From the IMG/VR virus record IMGVR_UViG_2721755728_000002: a stretch of DNA of 55,396 nt; one strand, given 5' to 3'. The position numbers and the translations under genes are program-made. This stretch comes from a virus. Its lineage: Duplodnaviria > Heunggongvirae > Uroviricota > Caudoviricetes. The notes under the pieces are model-generated. The model was given only the letters and a program-made list of their open reading frames with translations. It did not search any database and had not been told where the DNA came from. The first letter of the stretch is position 1, and each line of letters opens with the position of its first letter. Shown here piece after piece: positions 1-9,097 of the stretch.

Positions 1-1119
1 TTAAATAACCAACTTAACCCATTCCTGACCTCGAGTATCGTTATAGCGATCGGTGGTTGCCTGGACTTTATGTCCTAGTAATGTTTTTGTATCGATACCC
101 TGTGCACGGTACAGCCGTTCTGATAGAGAGCGTTGTTCATGAAATGTTGGCGGAGTTTTTCCTGCTGGTGGAATTATCCCAGCCAGATCCCGTGCTTTGG
201 CAAAGTAGTCGCTCAGGTTGTCTTTACTCATCGGCTTCGGTTGTTTCTGGTGCCGACTATGGATTAGATATGGACTTAATATTCTGTCTCGGCACCCATC
301 AATAACTTCTTTTAACGTTATCCCAATGGCATCACAGCGTAGTGTAAGCGGTAACGCCAGACGCATTCCGGTTTTTCCCTGGGTGATATGCAAGTGTTCG
401 TTCCACACATCTGAAAAACGCATGTGGCAAATGTCATCACGGCGCTGACCAGTAACAATCGCAAGAAGCATTGCGTTACGGATAAAGTGTTTTTCAGGCG
501 TTGCATTGTAAATTTTTTGCCAGTCTTCCATGGTGAGCCTGGCTCTGGTTACTTTAGGGATCGGTTTACGGGTAGCCTCCGGAGGATTCCATCCAGGAGG
601 AACTTCCCCTGCATGCTGTGCTTCTTTATAAATATCAACCCATAATCCACGATTTACTCTCGCTGTGCTGACCATGTCTTTATCCAGCCACTCATCCAGT
701 ATTAATGCAAAGTCTCTTACTTCCAGTTCTTTCAATGGGTGGTTTCCCAGACGGGAAACCAGGTATGCAGCCATTCGAGTTTTTTCTTTGTGAGTTGTAG
801 CTGCAATATCTCCATTTTTCAGTCGCGTGTCCTGTATTTTCAGATATCGATCAACCCATGCCTTTAATCTGATACCCCGACGTTTTGTTGCTGACGGACT
901 TTCATCAATTTTGCGCATGAAATATTCAGCTTCTGCTGCAGCTATTCGCTGATTGGCTGTGGAAGCGATTTTTTCTGCCTTACCTTTGTCTGTTCCGAGT
1001 CCGTGAAATTTTCCAGTCACAGGATTTTTATACTGGTAGTAAACTCTGCCAGTTCTGCGATCAAACTTTTCGTAAAGACCGGCTACGTCAGTGCTGTTTT
1101 TTCGTGGCCTCGGTGACAT
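1..1119 (-). CDS. int: Tyrosine recombinase, lambda-family phage integrase
   Basis: 372 aa ORF; C-terminal catalytic region (LAIVTGQRRDDI..., PPTFHEQRSLSERLY..., LLGHK...TTDRY) colinear with lambda Int; complete, stop at 1-3; overlaps xis as in lambda. Confidence 0.9.
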   Translation of the reverse strand: MSPRPRKNSTDVAGLYEKFDRRTGRVYYQYKNPVTGKFHGLGTDKGKAEKIASTANQRIAAAEAEYFMRKIDESPSATKRRGIRLKAWVDRYLKIQDTRLKNGDIAATTHKEKTRMAAYLVSRLGNHPLKELEVRDFALILDEWLDKDMVSTARVNRGLWVDIYKEAQHAGEVPPGWNPPEATRKPIPKVTRARLTMEDWQKIYNATPEKHFIRNAMLLAIVTGQRRDDICHMRFSDVWNEHLHITQGKTGMRLALPLTLRCDAIGITLKEVIDGCRDRILSPYLIHSRHQKQPKPMSKDNLSDYFAKARDLAGIIPPAGKTPPTFHEQRSLSERLYRAQGIDTKTLLGHKVQATTDRYNDTRGQEWVKLVI

Positions 1120-1357
1120 GAGTTAAAATCTCCTTCAGTGCATCATCATCGCCAGTATGAATTTCCGGCGCAATTCCCGTTTCACCAGGCCCAACAAATA
1201 CTGCTCGGCGATCTATCAGCCAACGCCCACGAATTTTTTGTGGTCTTGGAACGATGTATCCTAGTTTTCCGTATTTCACCAGGGTAGTGTTTGTTATTGG
1301 GAGACTGAACCGTTTTGGTTTCCACTCGTCGAGCGTTATCAGGTACTGTTCGCTCAT
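1088..1357 (-). CDS. xis: Excisionase (lambda Xis-like)
   Basis: Small ORF directly upstream of and overlapping int; YLITLDEW motif resembles lambda Xis YLTLQEW; ATG at 1357 has GGAG 8 nt upstream (track start 1366 is GTG). Confidence 0.6.
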   Translation of the reverse strand: MSEQYLITLDEWKPKRFSLPITNTTLVKYGKLGYIVPRPQKIRGRWLIDRRAVFVGPGETGIAPEIHTGDDDALKEILTHVTEATKKQH

Positions 1358-1418
1358 GGCTATCACTCCGGAACGCGCCAGTTGCAGAATATCAACGACA
1401 ACTGGCGGCGGTTGAACA

Positions 1419-3890
1419 TTAAAAATCAGCCTGACTCGGGATCAGTTTTTGCCAGATAACTGAAACGTATTTTGCCTGGTAACGGGCGTCATCAAGTGCA
1501 TTATGGCGCTCACCTTCGAATGGAATAGCCGTTCTGGCATCGAAGTCTATGGCTTTCCCCAGCTCAACGATTGTGCGTACATCGCGATCGTTGTAGTAAC
1601 GCCACGGGCAGGGGATCCCCTGCCGTTCGTATGAACGGCGCAAAATCGTGTTGTCGAAGTTGGCTCCATTTCCCCAGACCTGAACAAAAAATTCACCGGA
1701 GTTTTCGTCGATAAATTCCCGCAATTGTAACAGTGCATCATCTAACGGGATTTCATCGGTCATAATGGCAGATTGCGCTTCGCGTGATTGCTTAAGCCAC
1801 CATTTAATGGTGTCCCGATCAATGACTCCGCCAGCAGTTTCCAGATCGATAGTCTTACTAAATTCCGGTCCCATATCTCCGGTTTGCGGATCGAAAAATA
1901 TTGCACCTATTGAGATGATCGGGGCATCAGGATTTTTTCCCATGGTTTCAAGGTCGATCATTAGATGGTCACACGTCCTGCTGGTGGATGTGATTTCTTG
2001 ATGACCGTTCACCTTAATTGGGTGATCTGCCGTCTCGCCAGTTTCATTATCGCTATCGTGATGCTGATTGCCGCCAGTGTTCTCCTTGTGTGGATGTTCA
2101 GCGCCTTCCATTTCCTCCGGATCATCTTCCTGAACTTCAACCTGATACTCTTCATCGAATGTTTCCTGGTATGTAGCGTCGCCCATCACCGCGCCACAAT
2201 CAGGGCAGTTGCCGCCGCCGGTCTGACCGCAGGCGGTGCAGACTTTTTCCACTTCCTGTTGCACTACTGGTTCAGGTAGTTTCGTTTCTGGCTCGTTTTG
2301 TTGCGTATTTGGGCTGTTTTGTTCCGCTTTCTGGTCGTTCTGTTCCGTTTCTTGCTGGTTCTGGTTCACAGAATCGCGGGTTTCAATCCCCTTCACCCAT
2401 TTCGGATCATTCGGGTCGCTAATCCCTGCAACAAATTCACCACGTGATGCGGCGAGCAACTGATTGGCGTCAGGCTGGCTGATATTGGCTGCCTGCATAA
2501 TTTTCTTTACTTCGTCAGCGGTAACTTTTACCGGTTCTGGTTGTTCAGAATTTTGTGCGGTATTTGCATTTTGCGGTAAGCCTGTGTATGTGCCATTTTT
2601 TCGGGCGAAATATTCTTCTTTCGTGATTTCAGTAGCCCCTGCAGCCAGTGCCTTATCCAGACCAGAAAGTTTGTTTGCGCGACCGTATTTTTCGCTATCC
2701 TTGTCGGTGAAGAGGAAGTAGAACGGCCCTTCACGCTCTACAGATGGTTCGACTTCCACTTTGCATTCGGTTTTTTCGTTGTCCGGAATTGCCGTTTCCA
2801 CTGCATCAGTTTCTGGTACTGGCGACGAGAGAGTATCAGTTGCGCTCTGATTTCTTCCTTCATCTTCAAACACGCCCTTTGTAGTCAGGTATTCAGTAAT
2901 GTATTTGTTCAGTGCCACAGGGTCTTTGTGAATGTCGATCGGACGTTCACGGACAAGGCCAAAAATAGTCTGGCGGTCGTAGCGAAGGGCATCAGGCTGT
3001 TTGCGCATTGATGCCGAGATACGCTTCCAGTCTTCGCGGTCGTTGTCGATAACTTCTTTTTTTGCCCAGCGATGGATGCTGCCGTCAATGTTTCCGGCAT
3101 CCACATCACCAGGCCAGAGAGCGTAGGCCAGTTCGTCATCCAGTGTTTTCCATGTCTGCTTGTATTCGCGATGAGTGGCAGCAATGACCGGGCTGATTTT
3201 TCCTGTTGAATTTTCAGTGTTCTGTTGATTGGCTCTGGCGCGGGCGAGATCAACAACAGACGTGTATTTTCCGGTTTCCTTGCGTTCACCTTCGCGACGT
3301 TTTTTCCAGATGCGCATCTCTGCCTGAATTTCGGGCCATTTGGCACCAGGCTTACATTTATGCTTAACCCACCCGATGGCATGCAGCTTAAGCTCCGGAT
3401 ACATGGCGTTAACTTCTGGCATTTTCATCAACGCTTCAACGATATGTCCGTCGAATGTTGCCATGTCTTCCTGCAACAATTCCTGCGCGCTAATCACCAT
3501 ATCAACGGTGATGTTTTCACATGTGTCGAACTTAACCATGACAGCGTTCTGTACTTCAGGGGCCAGCTTGTCAAAAGTGACGTTCATCGGATCTGATTCA
3601 GTCTCAACCGGGACAAAGGAAGCAGACTCCTCATCCCAGCGGTTTTCCTGCATATATTCAGCATCCCAGGAATCGAGGGCAGGGCGGGGTATACCGGGTT
3701 TATCCTCGCAAACAAGAAATTTATAAGCGCAGTCCTGAGCAGCCGGATAATGTTCCAGGAATTGCCAGTGAAATTTTGCGCGGGCGCGACGTTCATCACC
3801 GGCTTCAATGGCAGTGGCTACAGCGACTGCACCTTCTTCCTTTATTGCCTGTTCGTCCGGAATGGCGGCGCAAATAAAGACTTTACTCAT
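1419..3890 (-). CDS. Phage exonuclease with C-terminal DnaQ-like (DEDDh) 3'-5' exonuclease domain
   Basis: 823 aa ORF; C-terminus has Exo I (MIDLETMG), Exo II (VWGNGANFD) and Exo III (HNALDDARY) motifs; GAGG RBS before ATG at 3890. Confidence 0.7.
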   Translation of the reverse strand: MSKVFICAAIPDEQAIKEEGAVAVATAIEAGDERRARAKFHWQFLEHYPAAQDCAYKFLVCEDKPGIPRPALDSWDAEYMQENRWDEESASFVPVETESDPMNVTFDKLAPEVQNAVMVKFDTCENITVDMVISAQELLQEDMATFDGHIVEALMKMPEVNAMYPELKLHAIGWVKHKCKPGAKWPEIQAEMRIWKKRREGERKETGKYTSVVDLARARANQQNTENSTGKISPVIAATHREYKQTWKTLDDELAYALWPGDVDAGNIDGSIHRWAKKEVIDNDREDWKRISASMRKQPDALRYDRQTIFGLVRERPIDIHKDPVALNKYITEYLTTKGVFEDEGRNQSATDTLSSPVPETDAVETAIPDNEKTECKVEVEPSVEREGPFYFLFTDKDSEKYGRANKLSGLDKALAAGATEITKEEYFARKNGTYTGLPQNANTAQNSEQPEPVKVTADEVKKIMQAANISQPDANQLLAASRGEFVAGISDPNDPKWVKGIETRDSVNQNQQETEQNDQKAEQNSPNTQQNEPETKLPEPVVQQEVEKVCTACGQTGGGNCPDCGAVMGDATYQETFDEEYQVEVQEDDPEEMEGAEHPHKENTGGNQHHDSDNETGETADHPIKVNGHQEITSTSRTCDHLMIDLETMGKNPDAPIISIGAIFFDPQTGDMGPEFSKTIDLETAGGVIDRDTIKWWLKQSREAQSAIMTDEIPLDDALLQLREFIDENSGEFFVQVWGNGANFDNTILRRSYERQGIPCPWRYYNDRDVRTIVELGKAIDFDARTAIPFEGERHNALDDARYQAKYVSVIWQKLIPSQADF

Positions 3891-3982
3891 TTTGTTTTAC
3901 CTCATTACAGATTTAAGGGTGAACAAATCCCTGCCATTTCTGGCATATAAGAATGAAATCGGATGTTTATTACGGAACTGTT

Positions 3983-4174
3983 TTAAAGACCTGCCGGGAT
4001 TTCGTTATTATCCTGGTGAATAACTTTATCGACCGGGTAACAGTTACCGGGAATTTTCTGTTCGGTTGCTGCAGTCACACACTCCTGCATTGTCCTGTGA
4101 ACACTGACTGCAATATCAACTGGCTCTCCGGAAACAAGAAAAACTGTCAGAACAAGTGCAAATGCTGTATTCAT
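3983..4174 (-). CDS. Small secreted protein (signal peptide, 2 Cys), function unknown
   Basis: MNTAFALVLTVFLVSGEP signal-like N-terminus; start overlaps upstream stop as ATGA (translational coupling). Confidence 0.45.
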   Translation of the reverse strand: MNTAFALVLTVFLVSGEPVDIAVSVHRTMQECVTAATEQKIPGNCYPVDKVIHQDNNEIPAGL

Positions 4175-4359
4175 TGCCAGCATCCTTTTTGTATCGGACG
4201 TAAACGGGCCAGCATTGAAAGAATGCATATTTTATTTAATAACTCCCGTTCGTGTTTTCTCTTGTTAATGGCATCTTCAGTAAATACAGGGTTACTGATA
4301 GTGACACCAATTTCAAAACAACCTTCAGACGTATTAACGTTTGGTAATAACGTTTCCAT
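4171..4359 (-). CDS. Small early-left protein, possibly Kil-like host division inhibitor
   Basis: 62 aa from METLLPNVNTSEG...; position between exo and immunity region matches lambda kil; identity from recall only. Confidence 0.35.
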   Translation of the reverse strand: METLLPNVNTSEGCFEIGVTISNPVFTEDAINKRKHERELLNKICILSMLARLRPIQKGCWQ

Positions 4360-4927
4360 TATCGCGTCCTCAACAATGAATTTTGTGATGCAGTGCCTGG
4401 TGCCTCCAGGTGACGTTAACCAGTTAACAATTAACGCCGGATACAGAGAATCCACCCATAACACTGTTTTTGGTTTTAACTGTTCCGCGTGCGCTTAGCC
4501 GCATTCACCGCATCACAAAATTCACTTTAAAAAGGGCGGCAGAGCAGTCACGGAGTAAAACTGATACCGCCAAACGTCACCAGAAAATTGATAACAGAGG
4601 GCGTTGCAGCGGGGTTGTCACTTAAGCGTATGGTCAACCTGACAACCCGGTGTCCTCAACGGGGGAAGGAATAACCCCGCCATACTTACCGCCGCGCCAT
4701 TTCGCGGATTGCCACAACCGGAAGCGCACGGTCGACGAAAATTTAACGACAGGCTATCTATGAACCAGCTACCTCGCCGTGCGCTTTCGCGTTATGGTCT
4801 GACTTTTCAGGGAAATATCCTTTCAGTAAACTGTCAGTGCCGGATGCTCACCCGTGTCCGGCGCACGCACTCCACCTCATCCGTGGAGAACTCCTTAATT
4901 ACCAACCTTAGCTTCGTTGGTTAGCTA

Positions 4928-5146
4928 TTAACGCGGGTATGTAATCATTCTGGCAATGCTTAATGCCGCTGCTTTTTCCAGATTGGTGATATCCTGCTCC
5001 AGAGCGGACAGATTTTCAGCCTGCTTAGCCCTGGCTTCATTAGCCCATTTCAGATCCTGCGCTGCATTAATTTTCTGGCGCATCCACTCATAAAGTTCAT
5101 CATCGGTATAGTCTGGCGAGATGATGACGGGTTCTCGTTTCTGCAT
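4928..5146 (-). CDS. Hypothetical early-left protein
   Basis: 72 aa ORF in the early-left operon, coiled-coil-like composition. Confidence 0.45.
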   Translation of the reverse strand: MQKREPVIISPDYTDDELYEWMRQKINAAQDLKWANEARAKQAENLSALEQDITNLEKAAALSIARMITYPR

Positions 5147-5305
5147 ACTGATTCCTCGCGGTGCTGCTTCGCTTATCAGCCGTTAGATTTTGCCGAGCTG
5201 GAAAGCGCCTGTTTAAACTCACTGAAGCTGAGAGCTTCTTCGCCTTCGGCAAGGCCTTCGAAGTATTCTTCGTAAGCCTTTTCCATGATTGTGTCGAAAT
5301 CCATA

Positions 5306-5461
5306 TCACTCACCTGAGTTTCTTTCCAGCCAGCGACGGGCACCATTTTCGGTTTTAAACGTTTTGCTTTTGGTATACGTCATCGCGGTGAATGTGCCGT
5401 CCTGGTTGGGAAACACGCCGTACACCAGAGATTCATTGTTGCCAAGATCGATAGTATCCAT
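5306..5461 (-). CDS. DUF1391/YdaF-like small protein
   Basis: 51 aa from MDTIDLGNNESLVYGVFPNQDGTF...; GAGG 6 nt upstream of ATG at 5461. Confidence 0.5.
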   Translation of the reverse strand: MDTIDLGNNESLVYGVFPNQDGTFTAMTYTKSKTFKTENGARRWLERNSGE

Positions 5462-5669
5462 GCTGACCTCATTTCCCCTTAACGCCGGGGTAGCGGAACT
5501 AAAAAACTGCTGCGCTGTTATATAAAGTGTTCCCGCCGTCATGTTCATACGCCTCGGGCTGGCTACTTAACCCCTGACCACTGCCGGGTAACTCGAAGTA
5601 TTGCCTGGCGTTCTGTGGGGCGGGGTGGGTTGATGAATGAATAATACCACTACTATTTAATTATGTAAA

Positions 5670-5682
5670 TAGCAGTGCTATT
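5670..5682. promoter_or_regulatory. Operator-like palindrome ATAG-N5-CTAT (putative OL half-site pair)
   Basis: atagcagtgctat; same motif architecture recurs in the cI-cro intergenic region; overlaps a second inverted repeat ctattta...taaatag (5653-5672). Confidence 0.35.
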
Positions 5683-5692
5683 ATCGTGGCAA

Positions 5693-5718
5693 GAAAAAAA
5701 CCACCCGAAGGTGGTTGT
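5693..5718 (-). terminator. Rho-independent terminator after the toxin-antitoxin/cI transcript
   Basis: On the minus strand, hairpin accacc-ttcg-ggtggt followed by a T-run (plus strand aaaaaaaccacccgaaggtggtt). Confidence 0.45.
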
Positions 5719-5730
5719 TGACAGGAAGGA

Positions 5731-6021
5731 TTAACAGGTTTTGTTTGGATACTGTCTTCGTGAGTGAACTACATTTACGATCTCGATGTTAGATGCTGTT
5801 ACTCGGTAAAGTATTATGTAGTTAGGATGAGTCACTATCTCACGAAGACTTGGAACTCTTTCGCTCGGTGGGTACAGATAAGGGTGTTCAGTAAGTGACA
5901 AAACTGATGTTTCAATGCGTATTTTTAGTCTACGTGCAGCGGGAGGGTTTTCCTTAGCAATATAGGCTACGATCTGACGTAAATCATCACGTGCAGAAGG
6001 TAGCCATAAAATGGGCAGCAT
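5731..6021 (-). CDS. Type II toxin, ParE/RelE family
   Basis: 96 aa; ParE/RelE-like sequence (ILYRV...NIEIVNVVHSRRQYP); stop/start overlap with upstream small gene. Confidence 0.8.
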   Translation of the reverse strand: MLPILWLPSARDDLRQIVAYIAKENPPAARRLKIRIETSVLSLTEHPYLYPPSERVPSLREIVTHPNYIILYRVTASNIEIVNVVHSRRQYPNKTC

Positions 6022-6212
6022 TACTCACTCCTGTTCGTTGCAGCTAATTGAGCAATAAGGTTTTCCATTTCAGCCATTACTTCGTCATGTGGAATTGCAG
6101 GACGGGGATCTGAGAGGCTTGCTGCCACTTTGGTTCGCAACCATTCGTTATAGCTGTTTTCTTGTTCGACTGTTTCAAATTCAGAAATTATCGGGGAAAG
6201 GGCTGTACTCAT
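6021..6212 (-). CDS. Type II antitoxin (ParD-like) partner
   Basis: 63 aa acidic protein immediately upstream of the ParE-like gene with 1-nt overlap. Confidence 0.65.
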   Translation of the reverse strand: MSTALSPIISEFETVEQENSYNEWLRTKVAASLSDPRPAIPHDEVMAEMENLIAQLAATNRSE

Positions 6213-6229
6213 GTTTTTACCTCCTCAGA

Positions 6230-6730
6230 TTAGGCGCGACGACCCTTTTGCGCAGCTAGCCATCGCGCAACGATTTCTTCAATTGATTCTTTTTTCTCCT
6301 TCATTTCCTTAAGCATTTTCTCTTTATCTTCTTTGGGGAAAGCCCTGAACGTCTGGAGCAAATCCCGCTCCATGGGGTCTATATTAAACGGAAGTTCGTT
6401 TTCCGATTGTTCCATATCTGCAGATATAGTGACAACATTGTCCTCCCCAGATTCTTGGGGATACATCCTTACAATTTGTAACAACTCGGCCATATCTGGT
6501 CTGATTGACTCGGGAGGAACTTGCAGCAACCCTGCGAACTTGATAACAGCCTCAAGATTTAAAGGTGTCTGACCATTTAGATAATGGCTTACAGCTCCCT
6601 GTGTCGAAAATCCCAGAATTTCTGCCGCACGCTCTTGGGTTAACCCTAGTTGATTTTTTTTCGCCGTCCAGATTTCTTTCAGTCTCTGGGCGGCTTGCAG
6701 GTCGATCTCTGACAGGGGTTTTCTTTTCAT
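6230..6730 (-). CDS. CI-like prophage repressor (XRE-family HTH)
   Basis: 166 aa; HTH LTQERAAEILGFSTQGAVSHYLNG; divergent from Cro-like gene across an operator-containing intergenic region. Confidence 0.8.
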   Translation of the reverse strand: MKRKPLSEIDLQAAQRLKEIWTAKKNQLGLTQERAAEILGFSTQGAVSHYLNGQTPLNLEAVIKFAGLLQVPPESIRPDMAELLQIVRMYPQESGEDNVVTISADMEQSENELPFNIDPMERDLLQTFRAFPKEDKEKMLKEMKEKKESIEEIVARWLAAQKGRRA

Positions 6731-6837
6731 ACCTTCAATTCTAATAAGATTATTAATCTCTTTGAAATAGTGATGCTATTTACTTTTAAAAATAACAATG
6801 CTATTAATGATCGTAATGACATCACATGAGGTGAACA
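6731..6837. promoter_or_regulatory. Immunity switch region (OR/PR/PRM-like)
   Basis: Divergent intergenic region; ATAG-N5-CTAT palindrome at 6767-6779 and degenerate copy at 6792-6804; TTGAAA -35-like hexamer at 6762-6767. Confidence 0.5.
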
Positions 6838-7113
6838 ATGAATCTTGGAGAATATTTGCATCATTCCGGTATAACTCAGAAGCATTTTGCTGAAATTGTT
6901 GGGGTAACCCAAGGGATGGTAAGCCATGTCATTACCGGACGGGCGAAACTTACGGGGAAAAAAATTTTACGCTGGTGCGAAGCAACAGGCTGGATAGTAA
7001 CTCCGCACGAGATTGATGGCAGTACTTATCCCAACCCAACCGACGGCTTACCTGTCGAGTATCAGGCTAACACACAACCAGAGGCGGGGGTGATTCATGA
7101 AAATCAAGCATGA
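6838..7113 (+). CDS. Cro-like / YdaS-like HTH regulator
   Basis: 91 aa, HTH (ITQKHFAEIVGVTQGMVSHVITG); first gene of the rightward operon. Confidence 0.7.
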   Translation: MNLGEYLHHSGITQKHFAEIVGVTQGMVSHVITGRAKLTGKKILRWCEATGWIVTPHEIDGSTYPNPTDGLPVEYQANTQPEAGVIHENQA

Positions 7114-7522
7114 ACACATCCGCATGGCAATGAATGCCTGGGCGTATCCAGACGGTGAGAAAGTTCCAGCAGCTGAAATAGCCCGGACTTATTTCGAACT
7201 GGGGATGACGTTCCCGGAACTGTACGACGACAGCCATCCGGAAGCCCTGGCCCGTAATACCCAGAAAATTTTCCGCTGGGTAGAGAAAGACACCCCTGAT
7301 GCAGTTGAAAAAATTCAGGCGTTGTTACCAGCGATCGAAAAGGCAATGCCACCTTTGCTGGTGGCCAGAATGCGCAGCCACAGTTCAGCTTATTTTCGGG
7401 AGCTGGTGGAGACGCGGGAGCGACTGGTGAGAGACGCTGATGATTTTGTCGCAGTGGCAATCGCCGGTTTCAATCAGATGAACCGTGGTGGCCCGGCAGG
7501 AAATGCTGTGGCAGTACATTGA
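7097..7522 (+). CDS. YdaT-like regulatory protein (CII position)
   Basis: 141 aa following Cro-like gene with 17-nt overlap; GAGG RBS. Confidence 0.5.
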   Translation: MKIKHEHIRMAMNAWAYPDGEKVPAAEIARTYFELGMTFPELYDDSHPEALARNTQKIFRWVEKDTPDAVEKIQALLPAIEKAMPPLLVARMRSHSSAYFRELVETRERLVRDADDFVAVAIAGFNQMNRGGPAGNAVAVH

Positions 7523-7593
7523 CTGACAATAGCCATATCGAATCGCTTCCGGCAACTCGTGAGTAAAAAGATTCGGTATCAGAAGAGGTGAGT

Positions 7594-8610
7594 ATGGCTA
7601 ACGCCTGGCTCAGATTATGGCATGACATGCCAAATGACCCTAAGTGGCGAACAATTGCCAGGGTGTCAGGGCAGCCAATTGCAACAGTGATGGCAGTGTA
7701 TATCCACCTCCTGGTGAGCGCGTCACGAAATGTCACGCGAGGTCACATTGATGTCACGACAGAAGATTTGGCAAGTGCGCTCGACGTGACAGAAGAGGTA
7801 ATTGATTCAATTTTGCAGACGATGCAGGGGCGGGTACTTGATGGTGATTTAATCACTGGATGGGAAAAACGCCAGGTGCTTAAAGAGGACAACGGCAATA
7901 TTTCGCAAACCGCAAAATCTCCGGCAGAGCGCAAGAGGGCGCAGCGTGAGAGGGAAAGAAAGCGGGAACAAAATGGCGATTGTCACGGCGCGTCACGAAA
8001 TGTCACGCACATGTCACGACAAGTCACGACAGATAAAGATACAGATACAGAATTAAACCCCACACATAACGCGCGCATGCGCGAGAGTGCTCCAACCGGT
8101 GAGTCGCATGGTGCGCCGTTGCAGACAGCCGAACCTGAATACCTGGACGGCCTGAGCGAACCGATCGGGAAATTTTCGATGACTACTGTCTGGCAGCCGT
8201 CGTCGGATTTTCGACAACGGGCAGCAGTGTGGGGTATGGCTCTGCCTGAGCCGGAATTTACACCTGCAGAGCTTGCCGCATTCCGGGATTACTGGATGGC
8301 GGAGGGGAAGGTTTTCACGCAGGTTCAGTGGGAGCAGAAATTTGCCCGCCACGTGCAGCACGTCAGGGCACAGGTAAAACCAGTCAGCAAGGGGGTAAGC
8401 CATGCAGCATCAGGTGGCACGGCATCACGGGCAGTTCAGGAAATCCGGGCAGCACGCGAACAGTGGGAACGTGACAACGGATTTATCAGCAACGGAAACG
8501 GCCTGGAAGCTGTGGGAGCTTATGGGGGAGGTGTATTCGAACCGCTGGACACAGAAGAACGGGGCCGCACCTTCGAAGCTCTGGATTGCCCAGATTGGCG
8601 CGATGACTGA
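7594..8610 (+). CDS. Replication initiator (lambda O-like)
   Basis: Gene preceding the P-like gene; contains two clusters of phased GTCACG iterons; ATG at 7594 with GAGG 5 nt upstream. Confidence 0.65.
   Translation: MANAWLRLWHDMPNDPKWRTIARVSGQPIATVMAVYIHLLVSASRNVTRGHIDVTTEDLASALDVTEEVIDSILQTMQGRVLDGDLITGWEKRQVLKEDNGNISQTAKSPAERKRAQRERERKREQNGDCHGASRNVTHMSRQVTTDKDTDTELNPTHNARMRESAPTGESHGAPLQTAEPEYLDGLSEPIGKFSMTTVWQPSSDFRQRAAVWGMALPEPEFTPAELAAFRDYWMAEGKVFTQVQWEQKFARHVQHVRAQVKPVSKGVSHAASGGTASRAVQEIRAAREQWERDNGFISNGNGLEAVGAYGGGVFEPLDTEERGRTFEALDCPDWRDD
7722..7758. repeat. Iteron cluster 1 (GTCACG/GTCACA x4, ~10-11 bp phasing)
   Basis: Repeats at 7722, 7732, 7742, 7753 inside the O-like gene. 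Confidence 0.55.
7982..8029. repeat. Iteron cluster 2 (GTCACG x5, ~10-11 bp phasing)
   Basis: Repeats at 7982, 7992, 8002, 8013, 8024 inside the O-like gene. Confidence 0.55.
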
Positions 8611-9064
8611 ACAGCAAATCCGGCTGGTCTGCCGTCAGTGCATGGACCGCTGCCGGGCGGGTGAAACGTGGCCCCCGGACCTGGCTGAGTTTGTTGCACT
8701 GATTTCGGAGAGTGGGGCAAATCCATTTGGTCTTACGGTGGATGCAGTGATGGAAGAGTACCGGCGCTGGCGCAATGAATCCTGGCGATACGACGGGAGT
8801 GATAAATACCCGTGGCCACAGCCTGTGCTGTACCACATCTGCCTCGAAATGCGTACCAGAGGGATTGAGCGCCAGATGACGCAGGGTGAGTTAAAACGAC
8901 TTGCGGAACGGCAACTGACGAAATGGGCAAAGCATGTTGGTAACGGGATGAGTGTTCCGCCAGTGCGACGACAACTGGAAGGGGCGAAACACCCGCAAGG
9001 GCCAACGCCAATTGAACGGCTGAAACAGGAATACGAACGCCGGAAGGCAGCTGGTTTTATTTGA
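8402..9064 (+). CDS. Replication protein P-like (helicase loader)
   Basis: Colinear with lambda P (FVALISESGANPFGL..., YPWPQPVLYHICLEMR vs lambda YPWKSNAHYWLVTNLYQNMR); start uncertain (8402, 8522 or 8603, the last overlapping the O stop as ATGACTGA). Confidence 0.7.
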   Translation: MQHQVARHHGQFRKSGQHANSGNVTTDLSATETAWKLWELMGEVYSNRWTQKNGAAPSKLWIAQIGAMTEQQIRLVCRQCMDRCRAGETWPPDLAEFVALISESGANPFGLTVDAVMEEYRRWRNESWRYDGSDKYPWPQPVLYHICLEMRTRGIERQMTQGELKRLAERQLTKWAKHVGNGMSVPPVRRQLEGAKHPQGPTPIERLKQEYERRKAAGFI

Positions 9065-9097
9065 ATCTGAGAAACGATTTTGTCGGAGGAAATATTA

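Noticed and set aside
5176-5286. 36-codon minus-strand ORF (MEKAYEEYFEGLAEGEE...)
   Set aside because: No recognisable RBS and very short; insufficient support.
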